A stretch of 64,000 nucleotides of DNA from Clostridia bacterium (GCA_045643205.1 JAZUKI010000003.1:32001-96000), one strand, 5' to 3'. Positions 1-10,321 are shown, counted from the stretch's first letter. The notes: generated by a model not told the origin, from the sequence alone. Numbers and translations: made by a program.

Positions 1-2063
1 ACTGCTTTTTTGGTGATTACTGGTCCATTGTTTTTACTTGTTCTAGATTCAAATTTGCTACCAAATTTACTTCCATATGTCCACTCAAATGAACTATCTT
101 CAAACTTGTCTGCTGAGTTAGAACTTTCAATTGCATCATCATATCCATTAAATAATTCTTTTGGAATTTCATTAACAAATCTTGATGGTGGATTATAACT
201 AGTTGATCCGAAAATTGTTCTTTTCTTTGCAAATGTTATATATAAAAATCTCTTTGCCCTTGTTATTCCAACATAAAATAATCTTCTTTCTTCTTGTATG
301 TCATCTTCACTACCCATTGATAAATTTCCTGGAAAAATTCCCTCTTCAAGTCCTACTAAAAAGATTGCTGGATATTCAAGTCCTTTAGCACTATGAAGTG
401 TCATCAATGTAACCATATCATCACTTTCTTCTATGTTGTCTGTATCACTTGAAAGTGAAATTCCATTTAAAAATTCTTGTAATGATTTATCAGCAGATTC
501 CTTTTCAAACTCCATTGCAACAGTTAGCAATTCTTCCAAGTTCTCGATTCTGCTTTGTGCTTCAATTGTGTTTTCAAGTTTTAAAGCATCTGTATAACCT
601 GTTTTATTTAAAGTTTGTTTAATAATCTCTGAAACAGCGGTTTCTTGATAAACAAGGCCTTTAAGTTCTTCAATAGTATCAACAAAAGCCTTTGTGCTAT
701 TAACTAATTTAGGCATATATTGATCTGCATGTTTTACTACTTCATACATTGAAACGTTATTTTCATCTGCTATTTTTTGAATATTATCTAAACTTGTTTT
801 TCCTATTCCACGCTTTGGTTCATTAATTATTCTTGAAAAAGAAATATTATCTGACGAATTAGCAATTAATCTTAAATAAGCAATTGCATCCTTAATTTCT
901 TTTCTTTCATAGAACTTTAAGCCTCCAATAATTTTATATGGAATATTCTCTCTTCTTAGCACATCTTCAATTGCTCTTGATTGAGAATTCATTCTATATA
1001 AAATTGCAAAGTCTGAATATTTCATATATTCATTTCTTCTTAGATGATTTATTTCTTCTATCACATAAGAAGCTTCTTCATATTCATCTTCACCGCAAAA
1101 AACATTTGGAAGTGTTCCTTCTTCATTTTCAGTCCAAAGTCTTTTTCCATACTTGTCACCATTGTTTTTTATTACTTCGTTTGCAGCTTTTAAAATGTTT
1201 TGAGTACATCTATAGTTTTGTTCAAGTTTTACTATCTGAGTTCCTGGAAAATCTTTTTCGAAGTTCAAAATATTAGTTATGTCAGCTCCTCTGAAACGAT
1301 AAATACTTTGGTCACTATCTCCTACTGCTGTGATGTTTTTATATTTATTTGCAAGTGTTGATATTAATGTAAATTGGGCCTTGTTTGTATCTTGATACTC
1401 ATCAACTAATATATATTTAAATTTGTTTGCATAGTAATCAAGAACATCAGAATTGTTTTGCAAAATCTTAATTGTATAATTAATAATATCATCAAAATCT
1501 ATTGCATTATTATCTTTTAATTTCTTTTGATACAATTCATAACATTTTGCAATTATATCTTTTCTATAATCTCCACCATACATTAATTTATATTGTTCTG
1601 GTTCAATCATTTCATTCTTGCTATTACTAATTTCGCTTAAAACAGACTTTTCACTAAACATTTTGCTATCTATATTAAGTTCTTTAAGAACTTGTTTCAT
1701 TAATGTTTTTTGATCAGTTGTGTCAAATATAATAAATGAAGTATCATAACCCAATCTATCAATAAACTTTCTTAGAATGCGCACACAAATAGAGTGGAAA
1801 GTTCCTAGCCATATATCATTAATTGCATTTCCTACTAAAGCTTCAACTCTCTCTTTCATTTCGTTAGCTGCTTTATTTGTAAATGTAATAGCTAAGATAT
1901 TCCATGGTGCTACTTTCTCATGTTGCATTAAGTATGCAACTTTATATGTAAGCACCTTAGTCTTTCCACTACCTGCCCCTGCAATAACTAGGCAAGGTCC
2001 TTCAGTTTGGACCACTGCCTCTTTTTGCATTGGATTTAATTCATTTAATAAATTGTCTTCCAT
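1..2063 (-). CDS. pcrA: ATP-dependent DNA helicase PcrA/UvrD (3' end outside window; absent from ORF track)
   Basis: Manual translation from ATG 2063: MEDNLLNELNPMQKEAVVQTEGPCLVIAGAGSGKT...ILAITFTNKAANEMKER...VDEYQDTN...TLMTLHSAKGLEYP. Confidence 0.96.
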   Translation of the reverse strand, partial: MEDNLLNELNPMQKEAVVQTEGPCLVIAGAGSGKTKVLTYKVAYLMQHEKVAPWNILAITFTNKAANEMKERVEALVGNAINDIWLGTFHSICVRILRKFIDRLGYDTSFIIFDTTDQKTLMKQVLKELNIDSKMFSEKSVLSEISNSKNEMIEPEQYKLMYGGDYRKDIIAKCYELYQKKLKDNNAIDFDDIINYTIKILQNNSDVLDYYANKFKYILVDEYQDTNKAQFTLISTLANKYKNITAVGDSDQSIYRFRGADITNILNFEKDFPGTQIVKLEQNYRCTQNILKAANEVIKNNGDKYGKRLWTENEEGTLPNVFCGEDEYEEASYVIEEINHLRRNEYMKYSDFAILYRMNSQSRAIEDVLRRENIPYKIIGGLKFYERKEIKDAIAYLRLIANSSDNISFSRIINEPKRGIGKTSLDNIQKIADENNVSMYEVVKHADQYMPKLVNSTKAFVDTIEELKGLVYQETAVSEIIKQTLNKTGYTDALKLENTIEAQSRIENLEELLTVAMEFEKESADKSLQEFLNGISLSSDTDNIEESDDMVTLMTLHSAKGLEYPAIFLVGLEEGIFPGNLSMGSEDDIQEERRLFYVGITRAKRFLYITFAKKRTIFGSTSYNPPSRFVNEIPKELFNGYDDAIESSNSADKFEDSSFEWTYGSKFGSKFESRTSKNNGPVITKKA

Positions 2064-2181
2064 TATATGTTTCCTTTTATTCTTCTGTATTTATCTTTAT
2101 TGGTTTGTTTTTATATTATATTGTTTTATTATTTCTTTTTTCTTGTATTTATTATCTTATTTGTTTTGTTTGATTTTATTT

Positions 2182-3243
2182 TTAGTCTTCGTTGCCTTTT
2201 AATTTTTCTGCTGTATCAGCTGCTGTTAAGTTGTCAATCATTTCATCAATATCACCATCTAAGAAGTTTTGGAATCTAAATGTTGAAAATCCAATTCTAT
2301 GATCTGTGATTCTTCCTTGAGGGAAGTTATATGTTCTTACTTTTTCACTTCTATCAGCATTACCAATTTGACTTCTTCTAGCATTGTCTATTTCACTATC
2401 ACGCTTTTCTTTTTCAATATTATATAAACGAGATTGTAAAAGTTTCATAGCGTAATCTTTATTTTGAAATTGTGATCTTTCTGTTTGACATTCAGCAACT
2501 ATTCCTGTTGGAATATGAATTAATCTAACTGCTGATGATGTTTTATTAACATGTTGTCCACCAGCACCTGAAGCTCTATAAACTTCCATTTTGATATCTG
2601 CTGGATTAATAGTAATATCAACATCTCCTACTTCTGGTAAAACAGATACTGATGCTGTTGATGTATGAATTCTTCCGTTTGTCTCTGTTTCAGGAACTCT
2701 TTGAACTCTATGTACACCACTTTCATATTTAAGTCTTGAATATGCACCTGATCCCTTTACCATAAATGAAATTTCTTTATATCCACCAAGTTCTGTTGAA
2801 TTTTCATTTAAAATTTCAATTTTCCAATGTTTTCTTTCACAATACATTGAATACATTCTAAATAATTCACCAGCAAATAGTGCTGCTTCATCTCCACCAG
2901 CACCACCTCTAATTTCACAGATAACATTCTTGTCATCATCTGGATCTTTTGGAATTAATAATATTTTTAATTCTTCTTCAAGTTTTGGTAACTTTTCTTT
3001 AGCTTCTAACATTTCTGCTTCAGCTAAATCTTTCATTTCAGGATCATTCATCAATTCTTTAGATTCCTCTAAATCTTTTTGTGCTGATTTATATTCTCTA
3101 TATTTTTCAATAATAGGCTCTAAATCAGAATGTTCCTTCATAATCTTGCTATATTGTTCACGATCTGAAATTATAGCAGGATCCATTATCTTATTATTTA
3201 ATTCTTCGTATTTTTTCTCTAATTCTTCTAAATTTTCAAACAT
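2182..3243 (-). CDS. prfA: Peptide chain release factor 1
   Basis: GAGGQHVNKT catalytic motif, GVHRVQRVPET (RF1 PxT motif). Confidence 0.97.
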   Translation of the reverse strand: MFENLEELEKKYEELNNKIMDPAIISDREQYSKIMKEHSDLEPIIEKYREYKSAQKDLEESKELMNDPEMKDLAEAEMLEAKEKLPKLEEELKILLIPKDPDDDKNVICEIRGGAGGDEAALFAGELFRMYSMYCERKHWKIEILNENSTELGGYKEISFMVKGSGAYSRLKYESGVHRVQRVPETETNGRIHTSTASVSVLPEVGDVDITINPADIKMEVYRASGAGGQHVNKTSSAVRLIHIPTGIVAECQTERSQFQNKDYAMKLLQSRLYNIEKEKRDSEIDNARRSQIGNADRSEKVRTYNFPQGRITDHRIGFSTFRFQNFLDGDIDEMIDNLTAADTAEKLKGNED

Positions 3244-3308
3244 AATATATGTGTAAAACTTAAGCCTTTATATCTAAGTTCTACGCACTCCTTTCTTTAA
3301 GCCTACTA

Positions 3309-3337
3309 ATTATACTACATTTTAAACTACATTTCAA
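3309..3337 (-). promoter_or_regulatory. SigA-type promoter for prfA-pcrA
   Basis: TTGAAA-17 nt-TATAAT on the minus strand. Confidence 0.7.
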
Positions 3338-5255
3338 TCCAATTATGCTCTATCTTAAGTTCTTCTGCTTCTTCTTTTTCTCTTTTTGTACATGTTAAAA
3401 TGATTACTTGATTATCTATTTTTGATAAAATCTGCATCATATTTCCTAATCTATCTTTATCACTATATGCAAATGGTTCATCTAAAATAATTGGGAATGA
3501 TTCTTTTGATAGTTCATTTATTATGCTTAAACGTAATGCTAAATAAATTTGTTCTACTGTTCCTACGCTTAATTTACTAGCATCTACTCTTTGTCCGTTT
3601 TCAAGTTCAACATTTATTCCATCTGTTATAGAAACATTTTTATACTTGCCTTCGCTAAATATTTCAATCATTTTTGAAACTTTTTTATTGTACTCTGGAG
3701 TAATATTTGCTTTCATTTCTTCATATGAATCTTTCAATAATTCTAAAGTCATATCATATATTTTTTTCTTTTCCACTAAAGCATTATATGTTTCTTTTTC
3801 ATTTGCTAATTTTTCTTCATTTTCTGCTAATACTTCCAAAGCAGGTTCTATATTTTGTAACTCTAACTCTTTTTTATGGAGATCTAGCTCTATATTTCTT
3901 ATATTGTTTTTATTGTTTTTCACATAAATATCTATATCTTTATTAAAGAAAATTTCACATTCTTTTCCATAAGTTTTAACTATTTTTTCTTTATTTTTCT
4001 TATTGTCTTCAATCAATTTTTTCTTCATTGAATCAATATTTTCTTCTAATTCAACTATTTCATTTTTCATTTGTTCAATCAAAATAGTTTCTTTACTCTC
4101 GATTTCTTCAGCTTTAATATCTTCGATCTTAATATTTTCATTTTTGCAACCTTCAACTACTTCTTGTGCCTTACTATTCATTCTCTTTTTAACTGCTAAA
4201 AATGAAACTAATCCTAATAAAATTAGTGTTGTAATGCCACAGATTCTTGTTGCTATATCGTTCTTTCCAATTGTTAAGATTATTCCAATAAGACTTACTA
4301 ATAATAAAATTAATGTTATTACAATTGGTATATTGTTTTGTTTTGTTTCCTTTTTATTTGTTTTATTGTCTTCTTGTGTTGCTACCTTTTTTTCTGTCTT
4401 TTCTGTTTTTACTTTTTCTTCTATTCTCTTTAATTCTGTTTTTTTCTTTGAAAGCATGTCTTCATATGGTTTGATTTTTAATTCTTCTTTATTGTTATAT
4501 TCAACTGCTTCCTTGATTTTTTCAAATTGTAACTCATTGTTTTTTTCTTCATTTAATTGTTCTGATAAACTATTCTTTTGGCTCTCTATTTCAAACTTTT
4601 GACTTACAACTGACTTTATTTCTCTAATCTTATTTTCATATAATGCAATGTTCTTTTGTGTTACATTAATAGGTCTTTCAGAAGTTTGATTAGTCCCAAC
4701 TTTTTCCGTAATCATCTTTTTAATATTACCTTCAGCCTTTTTATATGAAATTTCTTCATCTCCACTTTCGGCTAAATTTGCAATTTTTTGTATTAAAACA
4801 TTTTGTGAATCTTGGCTTATTTGTATTTCTCTTTGTCCTGCAAACGCTGTTGCCTCAGCTAAACTTCTATCTAAATTAACTTGTTCAGTAAAGAAATTGT
4901 TTCCCATTTTTTTGTCTATAGAATATTGGTTCGATATATCTTTTCCTGTTGCATCTGTTAACTCTACTTTGTTATTTTTAAAATTTCTAAAAACATTATA
5001 TTCATTCCCGTTGTCTAATTTATAGTTAATAGTTCCAGAAAACTCACCATTATTCCATGGTTCATACTTTTCAAAATCAGACATTGCTTTACCATTTTTG
5101 TTTTTTTGAATTCCATAAAGTGAACTAATAATGTAGTTTTGAAGAGTTGATTTTCCAGATTCATTTTTTCCATATATGATATTAAACTTTTTTAATTCAA
5201 TATTTTTATTATTTAAATTACCAAAGTTATTAATTTTAATTTTGTTAATTTTCAT
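3327..5255 (-). CDS. YhaN/SbcE-like SMC/Rad50-type ATPase with central transmembrane hairpin
   Basis: Walker A GKNESGKS, long coiled coils, LSVGT signature, IILDEPF Walker B, two internal hydrophobic helices. Confidence 0.85.
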   Translation of the reverse strand: MKINKIKINNFGNLNNKNIELKKFNIIYGKNESGKSTLQNYIISSLYGIQKNKNGKAMSDFEKYEPWNNGEFSGTINYKLDNGNEYNVFRNFKNNKVELTDATGKDISNQYSIDKKMGNNFFTEQVNLDRSLAEATAFAGQREIQISQDSQNVLIQKIANLAESGDEEISYKKAEGNIKKMITEKVGTNQTSERPINVTQKNIALYENKIREIKSVVSQKFEIESQKNSLSEQLNEEKNNELQFEKIKEAVEYNNKEELKIKPYEDMLSKKKTELKRIEEKVKTEKTEKKVATQEDNKTNKKETKQNNIPIVITLILLLVSLIGIILTIGKNDIATRICGITTLILLGLVSFLAVKKRMNSKAQEVVEGCKNENIKIEDIKAEEIESKETILIEQMKNEIVELEENIDSMKKKLIEDNKKNKEKIVKTYGKECEIFFNKDIDIYVKNNKNNIRNIELDLHKKELELQNIEPALEVLAENEEKLANEKETYNALVEKKKIYDMTLELLKDSYEEMKANITPEYNKKVSKMIEIFSEGKYKNVSITDGINVELENGQRVDASKLSVGTVEQIYLALRLSIINELSKESFPIILDEPFAYSDKDRLGNMMQILSKIDNQVIILTCTKREKEEAEELKIEHNWIEM

Positions 5256-5269
5256 TTATAACTCCATAC

Positions 5270-6322
5270 TTATTTTAAACTGTTTAGTAAACTTTCTAAT
5301 ATTTTCTCATATTCTTCTCTTGTTATTTCTTCCGCTTCAACTTTGTCTTTTAACTTCTTAACAAATATTCCTGTTAGTGTCTTATCATTAGGTTTAAGCT
5401 CAATTTCATTTGTTAATTCAGTATTATCTTTAATTTTGATAATACTTTTATTAAGAATATTTATATCTATATCTATACTGAATTTTCTGTTTCCTACTAA
5501 ATGAATTTCATAATACTTATTTTCTTCATTATATGTATTAATTGTTTCTATTAATTCATCTTCATCATTAATATTAGAAATATCTAATTCTAAATTTACA
5601 AATTCTTTGCTGTCTGCTCTAATAAATTCTCTCTTTGATTCTACTTTTCCATTAATTTTTGTTATTTCGCCATAATAGAATCCATGCTCTCCTGGTTCGT
5701 CAAAGCCCAATGAACATAATGATCCTGCATAGTGCTCATCTCTTTTATGAATATGTCCTAATAAAATCAAATCCATCTTTTTTAAATTTGAACTTGCCAA
5801 ATCTATCTTGTTATATTCATCATCTCCATTATTATCTCCATGGCTGACAAATATATTTATCTTGCTTTCATCAATACTTTTAATATCATCATACTTGTAA
5901 TCTTCCATATGAAAATCGTTAAAACCATATCCATAAATATCAATTGCATCGCCATTAATATTGTCGGAAATAAGTTCTAATTCACTATTTAACACTTTTA
6001 CATTATCTGCAAATTTAAACGTGTTATAATAGCAATTTTTAATTCTAGGATCATGATTTCCAGGTACTATGATTACTTTTGTTTCTGGAATTTCTTTATA
6101 TAAATTATTTGTATAATTTACTGTTGATTCTCTAACATATTTATCTTCATATATGTCTCCGCATAGGAACATATAATCAACTCTATTTTTTTTAGCATAT
6201 TCAATAACTTTTTTGAATGCTTCTCTTTGTTCAATTCTTCTTTGTTGTCCTAAATTTATTCTATTTGAAATAGTAGTAAATGGCATATCAAAATGAATAT
6301 CTGCTACTTGAATATATTTCAT
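5270..6322 (-). CDS. YhaO/SbcD(Mre11)-like metallophosphoesterase nuclease
   Basis: ADIH, CGDIY, PGNHD and LGHIH motifs; paired with the Rad50-like ATPase. Confidence 0.88.
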   Translation of the reverse strand: MKYIQVADIHFDMPFTTISNRINLGQQRRIEQREAFKKVIEYAKKNRVDYMFLCGDIYEDKYVRESTVNYTNNLYKEIPETKVIIVPGNHDPRIKNCYYNTFKFADNVKVLNSELELISDNINGDAIDIYGYGFNDFHMEDYKYDDIKSIDESKINIFVSHGDNNGDDEYNKIDLASSNLKKMDLILLGHIHKRDEHYAGSLCSLGFDEPGEHGFYYGEITKINGKVESKREFIRADSKEFVNLELDISNINDEDELIETINTYNEENKYYEIHLVGNRKFSIDIDINILNKSIIKIKDNTELTNEIELKPNDKTLTGIFVKKLKDKVEAEEITREEYEKILESLLNSLK

Positions 6323-6430
6323 ATTTAATTGAAATCTCCTTTCAATATTTTCATGTTTCGTTTATTTTATATCACATTTTTAAATAAATTCCTATACTTT
6401 ATTCAAACTTTTGTTTCTTTTTCGTAAACT

Positions 6431-6462
6431 AAAAGAGCAAGTATTTTAATTTACTTGCTCTT
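6431..6462 (-). terminator. Intrinsic terminator after the virD4-like gene
   Basis: aagagcaagta...tacttgctctt inverted repeat with adjacent A/T run. Confidence 0.7.
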
Positions 6463-6476
6463 ACTTATTTTATTTA

Positions 6477-8480
6477 TTAATCATCATAGTTAGTAGTTCC
6501 AAATAACTGATCAAACTTAGCTTCGAGTTGTTTCTCAATATCTAATTCATCATCATCAAATGGACTATCTATTGGTGAAATTGGTTGTATTGTAGATTCT
6601 TCTGTTTCAAAATTTGCACCAGTAAATGTTTCATTTGCTTCATTTGTTTCTTTCTTAGAATCTTCTTCAAGTGCAAAATCATCACTAAATAAATCATCTA
6701 ATGAAGCTATTTCTGTATCTTCATTTTCCAAATTATCATCGCTATTGTATGGATTGAATTTTCTCCATTCGCCTCTATTTCCAATATCATATTCATTATG
6801 ATTTAATTTCAATTTATCAAAATCTTTAACCATTGCTGGCTTTTTATAGTACCAGAATTTCTTTGCCATAATTGGTTTTAAACCTTTTGCAAAGATAATA
6901 CAATTGTCGTTTTCCATTCTTCTTAATTCATCTGGTGTCATTAAAGCTCTAGCCATAATTTGTTCTGATTCGCTATAACCTGTTCTTGTTCTATCGTTCT
7001 TTCTATTAGCAGATTTACTTTCGTGTGTAATTGTTTTTTCACCTAGCTCTTTAGAGAAATACTCAACTGTTGTATATGAGTTACTTCCTAAGAAAATGTG
7101 AGTATCACAGTTACCTATGATAGTTTCATATGACTTTTCATAAATTGATTTTAACTGGTCAAGGTTCTGTAGAATAACGCTGAATGAAATTCCTCTTGAA
7201 CGTGATGTTGAAATCTTTTTATCAAAGTCTGGAATTTGTCCAATGTTTGAGAACTCATCCAAAATAAAGAACATTGGTACAGGTAGCTTTCCACCTGCTT
7301 TATCTGCAAAATCATATAATTGTTGTATTAATTGTGAGAAAAATATTGTTAGCAAGAAGTCATATGCTGTATGTGTATCTGATGAAATAACGAATAATGC
7401 TGTTTTGCTATTTGCTAATTCTTCAAAATCTATTGTATTTGTTGAAGTAACATCTGCGATATCTTTAGAATCAAATTTACCTAATGCAGATTGTAATGAT
7501 GATAAGATTGAACTATATGTTTTATCTGAAGCTAATTCAACAGATTTAAAGTTTGTTCTTGCTGGGTGATCATAAGGCAATTGATTAATTAAATCAGCAA
7601 GCATGTTATTGTCACCATTGTTATTTGCAGCTCTAACTAATTCTGCACATGATGCTAAGTTACATTCTTCTGGTGGACGTTTTGCCATTAAGTAATAAAT
7701 TAATGCTTTTAATAATAACTCTGACATGTTATCCCAATATGGATCTTGTGCTCCACCTGCTTTTTCGCTCTTTTGTCCTCTTACTACTGTACTTGCTATA
7801 ATGTCTACATCAAGTTCTGAACGAATATGTGATAATGGATTGTAACTATCACTACTTTCTGGATTAACTAAGTTTAAAATCTTTACTTTGTATCCATTTT
7901 CTCTGAAATATCCTGCTGTTTTATCATATATTTCTCCTTTAGGATCTGTAAAAATATATGATCCTAAAAGTTGATGTGCATTTGGTATTGAGAATGATGC
8001 AGATTTACCAGAACCAGAACCACCGACAATAAGAACGTTTAAGTTTCCTTTTTTATCTAGTGGTAAATAGTTTTCTTCTGCTAATATTAAGCCATTGTTT
8101 TTGCTAAGTACTCTATATTGTTCTCCACCTTTGCTCCAATCTGAAGAACCATGTTCTTTTCCAGAATACTCTGTTTTCTTTCTTGATCTCCATAAACCTA
8201 AACCAACTACCATAAACCAGAATAATGTAAATATTAAAATATGTTTTACAAATGCAGCCCCACCACCTGGTAAACTAAATATATTAAAACATGAACCTAC
8301 TTCAGAAATATTTTTTATAAATGTTGGTATTGCATCCTTTTCTGAAACTAACTTATTTAAAACTTGAACCTCTGTTTGAGCTATTGGTCCCACTAAAAAA
8401 AAGCATACTAAAACCCAAAATACTATCAATGCAATAATTGGGCCTATATGCTTTTTTACATATACAGAAAAATCATCCAT
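6477..8480 (-). CDS. VirD4/TraG-family type IV coupling protein
   Basis: Two N-terminal TM helices, HGSSDW, NVLIVGGSGSGKS, TDPKGE, SDSYNPL, DPYW, FILDEFSNIG, SRSRGI, ILQNLDQL, RALMTPDELRRM, acidic tail. Confidence 0.92.
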   Translation of the reverse strand: MDDFSVYVKKHIGPIIALIVFWVLVCFFLVGPIAQTEVQVLNKLVSEKDAIPTFIKNISEVGSCFNIFSLPGGGAAFVKHILIFTLFWFMVVGLGLWRSRKKTEYSGKEHGSSDWSKGGEQYRVLSKNNGLILAEENYLPLDKKGNLNVLIVGGSGSGKSASFSIPNAHQLLGSYIFTDPKGEIYDKTAGYFRENGYKVKILNLVNPESSDSYNPLSHIRSELDVDIIASTVVRGQKSEKAGGAQDPYWDNMSELLLKALIYYLMAKRPPEECNLASCAELVRAANNNGDNNMLADLINQLPYDHPARTNFKSVELASDKTYSSILSSLQSALGKFDSKDIADVTSTNTIDFEELANSKTALFVISSDTHTAYDFLLTIFFSQLIQQLYDFADKAGGKLPVPMFFILDEFSNIGQIPDFDKKISTSRSRGISFSVILQNLDQLKSIYEKSYETIIGNCDTHIFLGSNSYTTVEYFSKELGEKTITHESKSANRKNDRTRTGYSESEQIMARALMTPDELRRMENDNCIIFAKGLKPIMAKKFWYYKKPAMVKDFDKLKLNHNEYDIGNRGEWRKFNPYNSDDNLENEDTEIASLDDLFSDDFALEEDSKKETNEANETFTGANFETEESTIQPISPIDSPFDDDELDIEKQLEAKFDQLFGTTNYDD

Positions 8481-8515
8481 AATTTTTTCCTCTTCTTTTG
8501 TTAATATTTATACTT

Positions 8516-8770
8516 CTATTTTTCTGCAACTTGATTCTTGTCTAAGTTGCCTTGTTTCATATTTATTGCGTAAGCTGTTAGTCTAGCATCTAATCCGTTT
8601 TTCAATTGTTCTTGAATCTCAACAGGAATTGTTGCCGAATTAAATGTTTCTGCCTTTCCTTCAAAAGCTGGTCCTTCTTCGACTTTTTGCGATGTTGGAT
8701 TTTCCATAACTAATTGGTTTCCATCTGTTGAAAATGTACCGCAATTAAAAATAATATCTTCGTTATTCAA
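8516..8770 (-). CDS. Small hypothetical protein in the virD4 operon
   Basis: TTG start with GGAGG RBS, co-oriented with neighbours, short gaps. Confidence 0.7.
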   Translation of the reverse strand: MNNEDIIFNCGTFSTDGNQLVMENPTSQKVEEGPAFEGKAETFNSATIPVEIQEQLKNGLDARLTAYAINMKQGNLDKNQVAEK

Positions 8771-8806
8771 GAGAATTTCCTCCTTAAAAATTTAGATTCT
8801 AATCAA

Positions 8807-9319
8807 TTATCTTATTTCAAATGTGAAATAAGATTTATAAGGTTGCAATCTACATGTACCTTTAACTTCATTTGTTGCTTCATCAAGATATAAACTTGGC
8901 TTGATTTCTTCAGCTGTTTCAGGATCTATGATTGTAATTGATCTTGCAAGATTTTGAGTATACTTGAAGTCTTTAAAATCCATAGGAGTCTCTGAATATA
9001 GTGTATTAAATTGAATTGGAATTTGAGTTTTATTAAACTTAATTCTATCGTCTTTCAACTGTCCCATATTTACTGAAACTTTATCTTTTGAAAAAGATAA
9101 AATTACTAAATTCTCTCCCTCTGGTTCAGGAAAATCAACAAAGAAAGTCTTCTTTACAAAAGTTCCAGCGAACTCTTCTGAAGACACTACTCTTTCAGCT
9201 TTATACTTTAAAGTTGGTGTTTGATATTCCTTAGCTAATTTATCTATTCTATAAATTACTGTTTTTACACCTTGAGGTTGTTGAATGCTAAAGAATTTTC
9301 CAGTCATTTCTTGAGACAT
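8807..9319 (-). CDS. Hypothetical protein, first gene of the virD4 operon
   Basis: 170-aa ORF with GAGG RBS; no family recognised. Confidence 0.8.
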   Translation of the reverse strand: MSQEMTGKFFSIQQPQGVKTVIYRIDKLAKEYQTPTLKYKAERVVSSEEFAGTFVKKTFFVDFPEPEGENLVILSFSKDKVSVNMGQLKDDRIKFNKTQIPIQFNTLYSETPMDFKDFKYTQNLARSITIIDPETAEEIKPSLYLDEATNEVKGTCRLQPYKSYFTFEIR

Positions 9320-9367
9320 TTTTTATCCTCGCTTTCCAAATCATTTTTCATAAGTAAACACATAATA

Positions 9368-9396
9368 ATTATAGTCCTTTTTCCCTTAAAAGTCAA
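9368..9396 (-). promoter_or_regulatory. SigA-type promoter of orf170-orf84-virD4
   Basis: TTGACT-17 nt-TATAAT. Confidence 0.75.
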
Positions 9397-9408
9397 TGAT
9401 ACCAAAGA

Positions 9409-10278
9409 TTATCCTTTGGTATCATTGTCTTTTAATTCTATATATAATTTTTTACTTTTTTCATCAATTTTATTTGAGAAAACTATTTGTGTTATTACTC
9501 TTAAATCTCCCCTTCTGCCGTCTCCTATTTTGTAGCCTTTACCTCTAATAATTATGTTTTGATTACTATTGGTCTTTTCAGGAATAATTATAGATATTCT
9601 TTCATTTAATATTTCTATTGTTTTTGTTGTTCCTAAAGCCGCTTCCCACACTTTAAGTGGTAACATTGTTGCTAAATTGTTTCTCTCTAAATGAAGATTT
9701 TTTGCATCCTTAATATTAATAACTACTACCAAATCTCCATTTTTTCCACCGTCTTTACCTGGTTTTCCTTGTCCTACTAATCTAATCTTTTCTCCATTTT
9801 GAATTCCTTCAGGTATTTTTATATCAATAGATTTATCTTTACCATCTATATTTTTTAACTGTAGCTTTTTATTTACTCCAAAAAACGCTTCTTCAATTGA
9901 AACATCAATCTTTGTAATAATATCTTCTCCATACTTAGGTGTAAGTTTTGGTTTTTCTTTAACTACTTTTCCTTCTTCACCTAAGAAAATTCCTATTAAA
10001 TTATCTTTCAATGATTTCTTTTCTTCTTTTGTAGTAGGTTTTGATTCTTTTCCTGAATATCTTTTCCATTGAAAATCATATTTTCTTTTTGTCCTATCAT
10101 TAGACAATACTTTATATGCTTCATTTATATCTTTAAAAACTTCTTCGTAATCTGCATTTCCAACATTCATATCAGGATGATATTTTTTTGCTTTTTCACG
10201 ATAAGCAGTTTTTATTTCATCTTCTGTTACTTTATTAGAATCAAGACCTAATATTTTGTAGTAGTCTTTAAAAACCAT
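9409..10278 (-). CDS. DnaJ-class chaperone lacking the Zn finger (CbpA-like)
   Basis: KDYYKILG...KYHPD J-domain and DnaJ C-terminal domain. Confidence 0.88.
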   Translation of the reverse strand: MVFKDYYKILGLDSNKVTEDEIKTAYREKAKKYHPDMNVGNADYEEVFKDINEAYKVLSNDRTKRKYDFQWKRYSGKESKPTTKEEKKSLKDNLIGIFLGEEGKVVKEKPKLTPKYGEDIITKIDVSIEEAFFGVNKKLQLKNIDGKDKSIDIKIPEGIQNGEKIRLVGQGKPGKDGGKNGDLVVVINIKDAKNLHLERNNLATMLPLKVWEAALGTTKTIEILNERISIIIPEKTNSNQNIIIRGKGYKIGDGRRGDLRVITQIVFSNKIDEKSKKLYIELKDNDTKG

Positions 10279-10321
10279 CTATATCCTCCACAAGTAACAA
10301 TTAACTTTTTCGCATTATACA

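Noticed and set aside
10-2279. Short track ORFs overlapping pcrA, and similar antisense ORFs throughout (e.g. 4003-4602, 42237-42770, 57246-57830)
   Set aside because: They are shadow frames of well-supported genes, with Phe/Ser/Ile-rich antisense composition and no RBS.
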